This document shows positions 54,612 through 64,000 of a stretch of 64,000 nucleotides of DNA, piece by piece; position 1 is the first letter of the stretch, and the number at the start of each line of letters is the position of its first letter. This stretch comes from Vulcanimicrobiota bacterium (lineage in GTDB: Bacteria; Vulcanimicrobiota; Vulcanimicrobiia; Vulcanimicrobiales; Vulcanimicrobiaceae). Position numbers and translations under genes: made by a program. Where the stretch lies: the NCBI GenBank assembly GCA_963723515.1, contig CAVRQT010000003.1:1017088-1081087 (forward strand), read 5' to 3'. Below the pieces are notes generated by a model that was given only the letters and a program-made list of their open reading frames with translations, had not been told where the DNA came from and did not search any database.

Positions 54612-56678
54612 TGGAAACTGCAGCCATAATTTCCGACGGTCCGAATGCTGAAGAAGCGCTTCGCGTTTTAGCATCACAGGTGCCCGAAGAGTCCATTGAG
54701 TCGATTCGTCGAGCCGCCGGCAGTGTAGTCGAGCGTTCCGTTGATCCCATCGCGGGCCCGCCCGGCCAACCGTCGGACGGCATGCTCTACGGGATGGTCC
54801 AAAGCGGCAAAACCAGCGTTCTAACCGCTGCCGCTGCGATGGCCGTCGACAACGGCTTTAATGGTGTGATTGTACTCACTTCTGACAATGATGAGCTTTA
54901 TGATCAAACGGTTGAACGCGTCCGCCAAGCTCTTCGTGGCATGACGGTTCTTGGAAAACGCGATTGGCGACAGCCGAGCGATTTGTGCGGATAATTCGCA
55001 TGTCGCACTTCGCCATAGTTTGCTCCGAAAAACCGCCACATGCTGGCAAGCCTCTTCGAAGCCTTTAGAAATGCACATGCCTGCGGGCTATCATTGTTTC
55101 TAGTTGACGACGAAGCCGAATCAAGCCAGCCTGAATACAAACACTCGGAGACCAGCTGCGGCGCAACCGAGCACGGTAAACTCCCTGATTTCGCAAAATC
55201 CGCAACTATTTCCCAACCAACACATACTTGCAAGTAACTGCCACGCCGCAGGCGTTGTTCTTGCAGCAGAGAGGTCATCCATATCGCCCGCTATCCTTCA
55301 CGGGCCTCCTCACTCCGCAGCCCCGGCACCTGGCTATGTCGGCGGCGACGCGTTCTTTGGTCCTAAATTCAACTCTCGTCGAACAGACGTCGACCTCGCA
55401 GAAGTCACCCAGCTTATGGTTGGAAACCAGCCGTCCCCTTCAGGGCGCTTGCCGCGCGGCTTGCGGCGAGCGTTATGTACATTGTCGCCGCTGGCGCACG
55501 ACTGATTGACTATCCCCGGGAAGGCTTCGCCTTCCTTTGCCACGTCAGCATGTCCAACCGCGATCACGCTCACGTACTGCGGTTAATTGATGCATTTCGT
55601 GAGGAAGTGGTCACCACATTAAGCGACAAGAGTACGTCACGCTTCGAAGCGCTCGCGCACGAACTGCAGGAAGCACATTGTCGGCTTAGCCAAACTGAGG
55701 CGTCGCTGGCGCCCTACCAACAAGTGGAAGAAAAAATCGGGTTCTATATCCGCGGCGCTTCAGTTAAAACTTATCAATGCGATGTCCTCAGACGAAATTC
55801 GATTGGACGGTGCGCTGAACTTCTTCGTCGGCGGAAACAAGCTTGGTAGAGGCGTTACCATCAGGAACCTTCTCGTCAGTTACCTACAGGTCGCAATCTT
55901 CGCCCACCGAACGCCGATACCGTGCTTCAACATGCACGAATGTACGGTTATAGGGGAGCGCGACGTCGGAGTGACGAGATTGTTCCTACCGCAGCTTATT
56001 GCGGATAATTTTCGGTCGATCCACGACATGGATGACGCGCTAAGGGACCTCATTCGCAGTCAACCAGAGGGGCGAATTCGAGGGTCTTTTTCTGCAGAAT
56101 TTGATTCGTGGCACCAGTAGAATGAACGCTGAACTCGTGGATCCTGCTGCCATCGGTGTGTACGTTGCCGGGCGCAACTACAATCCCCGTATGCCACTTC
56201 GCGGCGCCGCCGTCGTACAGCAGGTCCAATGGGTGGACGACCGTCTGAGCGATGTCGACAACACTGTCAGCGATCCCCAAAGTAATTTCGTTTGACGACG
56301 TTATCCGAATTCTGAAGCACTGTCCCATTGACAGACGACCACGGTGCACGACTTTGGAACCTCGACGCTATCGCGGCGGCGCTGGCTGAGATCCGGTCAG
56401 TGCACGGTATCGATGATGCTTATCTCGTCGTAAAGCGAGAGCGAAACCTTGGAACGCAACGTTCGGAGACGCAGGGCATCCTTTCGGGCGGCGAGGGCGC
56501 GCTTGCTCCGCGCGATCGTCCCGCTTTATTCATCTATCGTCAGGGGGGCCGCGACGGCGACGCTTTTTGGTGGCCGCAGCTGCGTTTTCAGGATGGTAAC
56601 TATGCGCTTGCGTTTCCCGTTTGGCGCATAGAGCGGCATGCCGTTCGCGTACGCTTGACTCGGTCGGCGACGACGTGA
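54611..56678 (+). CDS. SF2 helicase-like Z1-domain protein, heavily frameshifted
   Basis: GMVQSGKT, VDDEA, TATPQA, YVGG..FF, GGNKLGRGVTI, DTVLQHARMYGY. Confidence 0.75.
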
Positions 56679-56811
56679 CAGCGCATTAAATACTCTGCTT
56701 TAAAGGCATCCACCTAGTGCGGTGCACAACGCGCCGCGTACGCTACGATCGATTCTTGAGCAGCAGCTCAATGTAGCAATTGGCGGCAGCACGTTGTCGG
56801 TTACTGGCCCA

Positions 56812-57862
56812 TTACGGCTTGAACGTTTTGGTCGGCGCGGAGGCCGGAAGTCCGACCTTCCGTTGCGCGTCGTCATGGCGTACTCCGCGCACGACACCGA
56901 CGTGCATGTCGTCCCATGCGGCAGTAAGAGACGGCATCAGCGTGCGTATCGTATGGCCACCGGTCGGCTCTTCATAGAAACTTACGGGCAAGCCATCCTC
57001 GTATAGCGTGCGCGCGGTCTCCTCACCGTATATTGTTGGAATCTCATCATCGTGCGCGCCGGTGACTACGTAAAGAGGCGTTCCTCTCCAAGCGTAGAGG
57101 ACGTCAGACATCTCACTATTCAGAACAGCTCCGGATATCGACATGACGCCCGCCCACCACGCTCCGCGTCGCGTTCCTATCTTATAGACACTGAATCCGC
57201 CCATTGAATAGCCGACCAAGTAAATGCGCCGCGGATCGATCGGCAAAGCGGCGCGCGCTGCGCGCAGAGCATCGTAGACGATCGGTTCCGCCAGGTTCCG
57301 CAAAATCATAATGCGCGCGACCGTAGGGCGCGACAAGTATTGTTCCTGTGCGATCCGCGAGGCGCCGGAAGAACGGTGAGCCAGAATCTCAGCTTCGCTT
57401 TGCGGATTTCCGTGCAAAAGAATGACGAGCGCTCGCGATTGTTTTAATGTCGCGGGTATATAGAGCGCGGCAGGCTGCATCGTCCTGTCAATGCTCGACT
57501 TGACAAAGACTTCGCGCAGCCCCGGCTCTTCGCTAATCGCTTGGTATTTGCGATTTAAGATCTGGTGAACGGCACTCAAATCAGCGCACCCACCGTACGA
57601 AGCGTTTCATTCCAGTCGGCAGGCGTGTATCCCAACGGACAGCTGGTCTGCTTGTTCGATCGCTTCTTTATCTTCTCTGAGACGCAGACTAAACAGAAGC
57701 GCAACATCGGAGCCAACATCGGAAGCGACACGCAGTTGCGCGGCGGCATAAGTCCGCTGCATGGCGGATAAGTCCGTACGAAGCGCTGCGAGCTGCGGGT
57801 CAATATTCTGCGCCGCAACTACAGGCGGAAAGATCGACTCCAAGAACCACATGCGTAGTCAT
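56812..57862 (-). CDS. Secreted alpha/beta-hydrolase (esterase/peptidase-like), frameshifted
   Basis: ILLHG, IDPRRIYLVGYSMGG, GAHDDEIP, GGH catalytic triad. Confidence 0.75.
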
Positions 57863-58012
57863 TATCGGCCATCGCTTTCTTGGCTCCCTGGCGGCATCTT
57901 TAACAATAAATCTCAACACAGGTTCGTCGGAACGACTTGCCGCTCAAGACGACAATGAGCGAGGAGTTTCGCTTGAAATTCAGTGGCAAGCCAATTCAGC
58001 ACAGGCGCACTG

Positions 58013-58081
58013 CTCGGTGTGACACTGGGACCGCCGTGTAAGGCGTGATTGTTGCGGCGCTTCAACAAGCTCAGCGTGACA
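58013..58081. repeat. REP-like units
   Basis: ctcggtgtgacactggga; gcttcaacaagctcagcgtgaca. Confidence 0.75.
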
Positions 58082-58117
58082 AAGCCCGCTTTTAAGCCTT
58101 CTACTGTGCCGGAGCCA

Positions 58118-58582
58118 TTAGGCTTTCGTGCAAACGTTGTGCTCTTTGAACGGCTTGCCGCGATCGGAGCCGGACACGTCCACGGTGTATCTGGCGGGTG
58201 CCATGCGATTGAAAACAACACGCGTAGACATATGCGGTGGAAAAACCGCGTGAAGTTTCGCCTGTAGGCTCGAGCCGGTGCCGTGCATGACTTCCATTCC
58301 GCCAGTAAACAAGTCGACTCCGCTCACTGTGCCATCGCTGGCAACCGTTATCGTGTGCTCGGCTGCGGGCATGCCGGCTCCTTTGTCGGTGCCGCGAAGG
58401 TATGCGCCCCCGACAACGTAGGCCCAGGTTTCGGTATACCGTTGATGCCCTTGCGTGCAATTCCAAGTCCCGACCAAGTAGTTCAGGTCTCTGATGGAGG
58501 TGGCACGCGATTCGTTTGGCGCCACGACGATTGCACTTAGCGCTAACGCAGCGACAAGAGTTGGTAAGAACTGTTGAATCAT
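58118..58582 (-). CDS. Secreted hypothetical beta-rich protein
   Basis: SD aaaggag, signal peptide MIQQFLPTLVAALALSA, LNYLVGTWNC. Confidence 0.65.
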   Translation of the reverse strand: MIQQFLPTLVAALALSAIVVAPNESRATSIRDLNYLVGTWNCTQGHQRYTETWAYVVGGAYLRGTDKGAGMPAAEHTITVASDGTVSGVDLFTGGMEVMHGTGSSLQAKLHAVFPPHMSTRVVFNRMAPARYTVDVSGSDRGKPFKEHNVCTKA

Positions 58583-58654
58583 AGGTCTCCTTTCACGAAG
58601 CTCAGGGATGACAACTACGAACAAAAGACTTCTAGCCAGTAAACTGCTCAACGT

Positions 58655-58688
58655 GAAAGGGCGCCGCGCCGGTGGAGCGGCGCCTCTC
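58655..58688 (-). terminator. Intrinsic terminator
   Basis: Minus strand ggcgccgc-N-gcggcgcc followed by ctttc, just after the 58697 stop. Confidence 0.6.
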
Positions 58689-58696
58689 GAGAGTCG

Positions 58697-59242
58697 TTAT
58701 GCTCTACAGCTGAGGTCTACTCGGAAACTCGGATCCGGCACCGTATAGCCGAACTTCTTTCCGTATTCAACCGGTTTGATGCTGACAAGGAACTTCGTCG
58801 GGACCTTGTTCATGTTGTCGCCTTCCATCCGGTAATACATCGTCGTACGTGCGACGCCGCCCGGAGGCAGACTCTTGTAAAAGATCGCGTTTTGAAATTG
58901 CACTTGCGCGCCGGTCTGCATGTCTAGGACCGTACCGTCTGCGAATGCGATCTGCGGATATTCTTGGAAGCCGCTGTCACCGGCAGAGTTTTGGGCGTTC
59001 TTGCCGTTGCGAAGCTCGAGCGTTATTCCCCAGTTCTTATAATCGGCATCGTCGGGGTTCACTTTGATTGCGCTCTCCGTTACCGTAAGACGCCAAAGTC
59101 CATTGAAGAGAGTTTGGCCCAGGCAGCCTTCAACGGAGGATCGTTGATTCGCCCCGCCGGCCGGCATCGCTGCCGCCGCATGCGATGGCCCAAAACAAAA
59201 TGCGCTCACTACTAAAGCAGCGCAAAATATACGAAATTGCAT
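58697..59242 (-). CDS. Secreted hypothetical protein
   Basis: Signal peptide ending SHAAAA, intact 181-aa ORF, SD agga. Confidence 0.7.
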   Translation of the reverse strand: MQFRIFCAALVVSAFCFGPSHAAAAMPAGGANQRSSVEGCLGQTLFNGLWRLTVTESAIKVNPDDADYKNWGITLELRNGKNAQNSAGDSGFQEYPQIAFADGTVLDMQTGAQVQFQNAIFYKSLPPGGVARTTMYYRMEGDNMNKVPTKFLVSIKPVEYGKKFGYTVPDPSFRVDLSCRA

Positions 59243-59347
59243 AGTGTCCTAACTCTTCACATGCCTTTCGGCATGCTTAGGTCTTACTTATAACACAAAA
59301 ACGTTAGGAGCGGGCGAATTGGTCGCCGACCCCAATTTAAGCAGTAA

Positions 59348-59381
59348 GTCACACTTCGACAAGCTCAGTGTGACACTGGGA
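59348..59381. repeat. REP-like unit (hairpin)
   Basis: gtcacact-tcgacaagctc-agtgtgac, 8-bp stem, followed by actggga. Confidence 0.85.
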
Positions 59382-59444
59382 CTACCGCGTTAAATGAAAA
59401 AGCTCGCCGCAAATTGCAGCGAGCTTTACTATTCTGCGAAGGTC

Positions 59445-59891
59445 CTAGACGGCTACAGGGTGGCGGCGTTGAGGCACGGTGCGCCCCTCGTCGAGATCCA
59501 AAACGTCGGCCCACGTCGTAACATCGGTGCGCTCGGGAGCTATCTTCTTGCGAAGCTCGGTCATCGCTTGGAGCGATTCACCGGTCGGCGATGTCGTGAC
59601 CCAGTTTTCATTCCACTTCTCGATGTCTTGCGCGGCCTTCTTATGAACGACAGGCGCAAGATAGGATCGGATTTCCTCGTCGCTCTTGGCTTTGCTGACG
59701 ACCTCTAAGAAGTCGGCATGGCCGATTCCGAGAAAATCGAGAACCGCTCGATCCATCGGGGAATTGTAGTCGTATTCGCCCATTTTGCCGTGCGCGAACG
59801 CCTTTGCCTTGTCGGTCGTGCGTCGAAGTTGAACGATTCCGAACATTTTCTCATGAACGCTGGGCGGGCTGGTTTTGGTAAGGTCTACCAT
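59445..59891 (-). CDS. DUF5069-like protein
   Basis: DLTK..P.S, L.R..DKAKA..G..GEY.YNSPMD..L.FLGI, LDLDEGR. Confidence 0.7.
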   Translation of the reverse strand: MVDLTKTSPPSVHEKMFGIVQLRRTTDKAKAFAHGKMGEYDYNSPMDRAVLDFLGIGHADFLEVVSKAKSDEEIRSYLAPVVHKKAAQDIEKWNENWVTTSPTGESLQAMTELRKKIAPERTDVTTWADVLDLDEGRTVPQRRHPVAV

Positions 59892-60253
59892 TGAGATGTT
59901 ATCTTTCTGAGGTAGAAAAGCAAAAAGGGTTCAAACCAAAAGCGGTTCTCACTCTTCACAGGTCTTTTATACCTACATACGCTCACGACACCAGCAAGAG
60001 CGATTTAGTTGCGAGAAAACGCGATAATGCAATCTTCCCGCCATGTAGTGCCTCCAATTCAACGATACACTACCAGGCGTAAGCCTAAAAAATACCTTCG
60101 CAAGATTGTGTTCATAACTTGCTCGATCGCTATCTTTTTTCCGTCCAAAAGCGCATACTTGAATGGCTTCGTGATGGCGTGCCAACACCATCGGTAATCA
60201 GATCAATAAATTAATGCCGTCCGGCAGTGTTACCACGAAGCCCCTTTCAATCG

Positions 60254-61105
60254 CTACTTTGCCAACAGGCGCTTTTGCATCAGCAGCGTCGGCACCTTAA
60301 CGTTGTCCGCCAGCTTCAACGCCTGCAGCAACTTTACGATGTGCCACGTGTGATCGATCTCGAACCACCGCAGGCCGTGACGCGCGGAAAATGGGAAGGC
60401 ATGATGGTTGTTGTGCCACCCTTCTCCACCGCTCAAGATCGCTAGCCACCAGCAGTTCGTCGAACGATCGCCGGTTCGGTACGTTTGATAGCCGGTCGTG
60501 TGCGCGGCGCTGTTGACGAGCCAGGTCAGATGGTACGTGATGACGAGTCGCGCGAAGATGCCCCAAACGATGAACGGCCATCCGCCGATTGCGAAGAGCA
60601 GCAGCGCCAAAGCGACTTGCAATGTCAGTAAGTTGCGACCGAGGACTCGATAAAACGGGTCGCGTGCGATGTCTGCCGCTATGCGAACGCGCTCTTCGGG
60701 CGTCACCTGAGCGCGATTTGCTAAATACAGCCAATTCATGTGCGCCCAACTGAATCCGCGGTTGGCGTCATGCGGATCGTCCTCTTTATCGGCATGAGCG
60801 TGGTGCGCGCGATGCGTCGCCACCCATTCGATCGGGCCACCTTGAAAACTCAGTGCTGCGAAAACAGCCGTAATGTATTCCAGCGGCTTGCGCAAACGCA
60901 CGCTGCGGTGCGTTAGCGTTCGGTGGTAGCACAGCGTCACGCCAAGCGTTCCGGTAAGGTACATCAAGACGAGCGCCGCGCAAACGGCCGGCCAGGAAAA
61001 AAAGCGCGGCATCAGAGCCGCTAGCGCGCCAAGGTGAATAAGCAAGAGGCCGCCGGCGGTTTCCCACTTGATGCCACGTAGAGATATCAAAATATCGAGC
61101 AACAT
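60254..61105 (-). CDS. Delta-9 acyl-lipid/acyl-CoA desaturase
   Basis: His boxes YHRTLTH, HRAHH, GEGWHNNHH. Confidence 0.93.
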   Translation of the reverse strand: MLLDILISLRGIKWETAGGLLLIHLGALAALMPRFFSWPAVCAALVLMYLTGTLGVTLCYHRTLTHRSVRLRKPLEYITAVFAALSFQGGPIEWVATHRAHHAHADKEDDPHDANRGFSWAHMNWLYLANRAQVTPEERVRIAADIARDPFYRVLGRNLLTLQVALALLLFAIGGWPFIVWGIFARLVITYHLTWLVNSAAHTTGYQTYRTGDRSTNCWWLAILSGGEGWHNNHHAFPFSARHGLRWFEIDHTWHIVKLLQALKLADNVKVPTLLMQKRLLAK

Positions 61106-61326
61106 GAAGGGTCCGCGCGCATCATGCGGGCTCGGCCTGCTTTTTTCCTGGGCAAGCGGCGCCGCTTTGTTGCGACGCCGCTCATATCACGAGCGGCAAG
61201 AGATGCCGAAAGGATGTAACTGCCGCTCGCCGACTACGAAGAGCATTAGTGAAACGATCTTAATGTCGGTGAATTGAGAAATCGACAAAATGGTTAGTAG
61301 GCAGATTTCCGCCGCGAATCAGCCGT

Positions 61327-62669
61327 GTGGTCATTGTCGGCGGTGGGTTCGGTGGGCTTTATGCTGCACGCGCACTGGCCCGAGCGCCCGTTAGCGTTAC
61401 GCTCATCGATAAGCGCAATTACCATCTGTTTCGCCCGATGTTGTACCAGGTTGCCACGGGGCTGCTATCGGCCGAGGAAATTGCGGCACCGCTCCGATCG
61501 ATCTTCCGGCGGCAGGGGAATGTCGACGTGCTGTTGGCTGAAGTGACCGGCGTTGATACGGAAAAGCGGCTTGTTCATCTGACCGAGTATGAGGTACCGT
61601 ATGATTTTCTGATTCTGGCGACCGGGATTCAATACAATTACTTCGGGCACGATGACTGGCGGCAGGTTGCGCCGGGTCTTGCGTCGCTGGAAGATGCCGA
61701 TCACATCCGTGCAAAGATTTTGAGCGCGTTCGAGCGAGCCGAGGAAGTTGCCGCATTGGGGGAGGCGTCGGCGGAAGAAATTGAGCAGCTGCTCACGTTC
61801 GTGCTTGTTGGTGCCGGCACGGTCGGCGTTGAGATGGCCGGCACGATGGCCGAGATGTCGCGCATAGCGCTCGCACGCGATTTTCGGCACATCGATCCGC
61901 GGTTGGCGAAGATTTTGCTTTACGAAGCGGCACCGCGCGTCTTGCCGAGCTATCCCGAAGATCTAGCGGCGAAGGCGCAGCGGCATTTGGAAAGTTTGGG
62001 CGTGCAGATCTTTGTCAATACGCGCGTGACGTCGGTTGACGAGCAAGGCATCGTGGCGGATGGCCAGCGTGTTTATGCCGGCACGGTGCTTGTGGGGCGC
62101 GGGCGTGCTGGCGTCGCCGGCGGCGACTTGGCTCGGCGCGGCGGCGGATCGATCGGGGAAGATTATCGTCGATGCCGATTTGTCGTTGCCGGGGCATCCT
62201 GAGATTTTTGCGATCGGCGATACCGCGCATGTTGTTGCCGAAACGCGCAACTTGCTTGGTAAGAAGGTCAAGAGAGCCGATGACGATGCCGGGCGTTGCC
62301 CAGCCGGCGATTCAGGAAGGCGAGTACGTTGCCAGCTTGATTCGGCGGCGCGTTACGGAGCGGCCGGCGCCGCCGCCTTTCCATTATAAAGACAAGGGCG
62401 ATTTGGCGATAGTCGGACGCACGTATGCCGTTGCCGATTTACGGTTTGTGCGGTTTGCGGGATTTCTTGCGTGGCTGGTTTGGGCCGTCGTGCACATCTA
62501 CTTCTTGATCGGGTTTACGAATCGGTTCTTGGTGATGGTGCGGTGGGGGTTTGCGTTCATTACCAAACGGCGGCAAGCGCTTGTGTTTGCTAGCGAAAAG
62601 GCGACGGCACGAAGGTGGCTTCCTCTAAACTACCTTATCGCTCGTCACCCTTCGACAAGCTCAGGGTGA
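61327..62669 (+). CDS. ndh: Type II NADH dehydrogenase, frameshifted
   Basis: IVGGGFGG, PMLYQVATG, VGAGTVGVE, AIGD, PGVAQPAIQEG, YKDKG. Confidence 0.9.
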
Positions 62670-62848
62670 CACTGGGGACCTTCGCTAAAACCGCAACATC
62701 AGTTTGGCGCTTCGACAAGCTCAGTGTGACACAGGGACTAGCGCAATATCGAGGGTCCTAAGCGGCACTTCGAGGACCTCAGTGTGACACAGGGACTAAG
62801 CGCAATATCGAGGGTCCTAAGCGGCACTTCGAGAGCCTCAGTGTGACA
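62644..62848. repeat. REP-like cluster with two tandem ~59-bp units
   Basis: ctcagtgtgacacagggacta(a)gcgcaatatcgagggtcctaagcggcacttcgag twice, between convergent genes. Confidence 0.85.
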
Positions 62849-62860
62849 TTGGAACCAACG

Positions 62861-63863
62861 TTATAGGATGAGGTGAGTGTCGCCGAATTCGTGTTGGTAG
62901 TAGTCGCATTCGGCGGCTTCATCGTAGGCTGACTCCAAGAGATCACGATCGAGAAATGCGCGGAGCATCCATTGGTGTGTCGCCGCCTCATCGTGGAAGC
63001 CGGTGAGCAGGCCGTCGACCGATTTAACCTCTGACTGCTCGTTGATGATGACATCAGTCCAGCCAGATGATGCGACGATCTGACCGTCCACATAGGCAGT
63101 TTCTAAAGCACGCAGTGATGTTGAGCCAACGGCGATGATGCGCCGGCCTTCTTCGCGCACACGGTTTACCGCAGCGGCGGCTTGGGCGGACACTGAGTAG
63201 CGTTCGATCGACGGACGCTCCGGAGCCTCAAAACTGGCGATGCCGCAGTGGAGTGTGATTGTCGCGATTTCAACACCGCGCTGTCGCAATGCGTGGACGA
63301 CGCGAGGCGTGAAGGGGCGAGCCGCGGATGGCATTTCCGACGAGCCGGGTTCTCGTGCGAAGATCGTCTGGTAATCGTCGAGTGGGAAGCGGGCGGTCAT
63401 GTAACCGTAGCGGATCGGTTCGCCGAGCCTTCATTAGATAAGCGTTCATTGGAAGCGGCAAATCAAACGCGGCGTACCAGACCCGCGGATGCTTCGGCTC
63501 GGCAGGCCAGATCATCGTTGCGGATGCGCCGTCGGGAAGGCGAAGCGTTTCGCCGGCGCTGACTGAGCCGCGCGGTTCCGTCATCCACAAACGATCGTCA
63601 ATCTTCGTTGAGACGTGCAGCTTGAGCGATTCGCCGTTGCGGCGTTGTGCATGAAGCGCTGCGGGCAGCGTGGCGGAGTCGTTTACAACAAGCAAATCGC
63701 CGTCGCGCAAAACCGATGGCAGATCGAAGAAATGCGCGTGCGAGTGTTGCCGTGTTGCGCGATCGGTGACCAACATCTTGACTGCGTCTCGTTCGATGCC
63801 GCGGCGCTCGGGCGGCGCGACTGCGTCGAGGAGTGACGGTGCGGCTTTAAGGACAGCGGTCAT
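62861..63863 (-). CDS. QueA-family protein, one frameshift
   Basis: GDLLVVNDSATLPA, YQTIFA..PGS.EMPSAARPFT, GLLTGFH, EFGD. Confidence 0.82.
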
Positions 63864-64000
63864 GCGGTGACCAGATCCGCGAGACGCACGCGTTCGTAAC
63901 GACTTTTCAAATCGCCGATTGCCTGGATAAGCGCCCGAGCTGAGTCGGCCGGATCGCGTAAATCGTTTGGATCGGCGTCCGGTATCGCGTCGCGATGCAT
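63860..64000 (-). CDS. C-terminal fragment of an upstream gene (possibly an SDR)
   Basis: MHRDAIPDADPNDLRDPADSA..., stop overlaps the QueA-like ATG. Confidence 0.5.
   Translation of the reverse strand: MHRDAIPDADPNDLRDPADSARALIQAIGDLKSRYERVRLADLVTA

Larger units (their letters stand above)
42740..57900. mobile_element. tRNA-adjacent defence island (boundaries approximate; no integrase seen)
   Basis: Visibly more AT-rich with different codon usage; nuclease and RM cargo; begins right after tRNA-Glu. Confidence 0.65.

Noticed and set aside
42700..59400. attR duplicate of the tRNA-Glu 3' end, or an integrase
   Set aside because: None found by eye; a computational repeat search is still needed
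1..64000. Mass pseudogenisation or programmed frameshifting
   Set aside because: Single-base breaks hit essential genes (purD, purB, dapA, asd, holA) at scattered sites with motifs otherwise intact, which is typical of unpolished long-read consensus

Overview
GC-rich bacterial chromosome segment. Gene style suggests Eremiobacterota/WPS-2, but that is an unverified inference. Dozens of single-base frameshifts fall in essential genes and are most likely long-read assembly errors. Layout: pepA-panB; a minus-strand purine cluster (purB, PAICS-like purC-purE fusion, purL, purQ, tandem purS, two archaeal-type purP paralogues, guaA, purD, purF); holA and mtnA; a riboflavin operon split by a sugar-use cassette, with an XRE-HTH fused to RibBA; comF, NDP-sugar and glycosyltransferase genes; dapB-asd-lysC-dapA; pcrA; an HNH gene next to tRNA-Gln and tRNA-Glu. 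A ~15 kb less GC-rich defence island follows, containing a HEPN RNase coupled to a STAND ATPase-TPR, a UvrD/Fe-S nuclease with a GIY-YIG gene, an HTH-HNH, an RHH, dcm, vsr, an NgoMIV-like REase and a Z1 protein. The window ends with accessory genes, a desaturase, NDH-2 and a QueA-like gene. A REP-like palindrome (TGTCACRCTGAGCTTGTCGAAG) recurs between genes. Best candidates for novelty: (1) a 68-nt tRNA-like cloverleaf with Ala identity elements, followed by a promoter-driven complementary small RNA (21510-21661); (2) a split HEPN + STAND-TPR defence pair; (3) a possibly autoregulated HTH-RibBA; (4) a mosaic archaeal/animal-type purine pathway.
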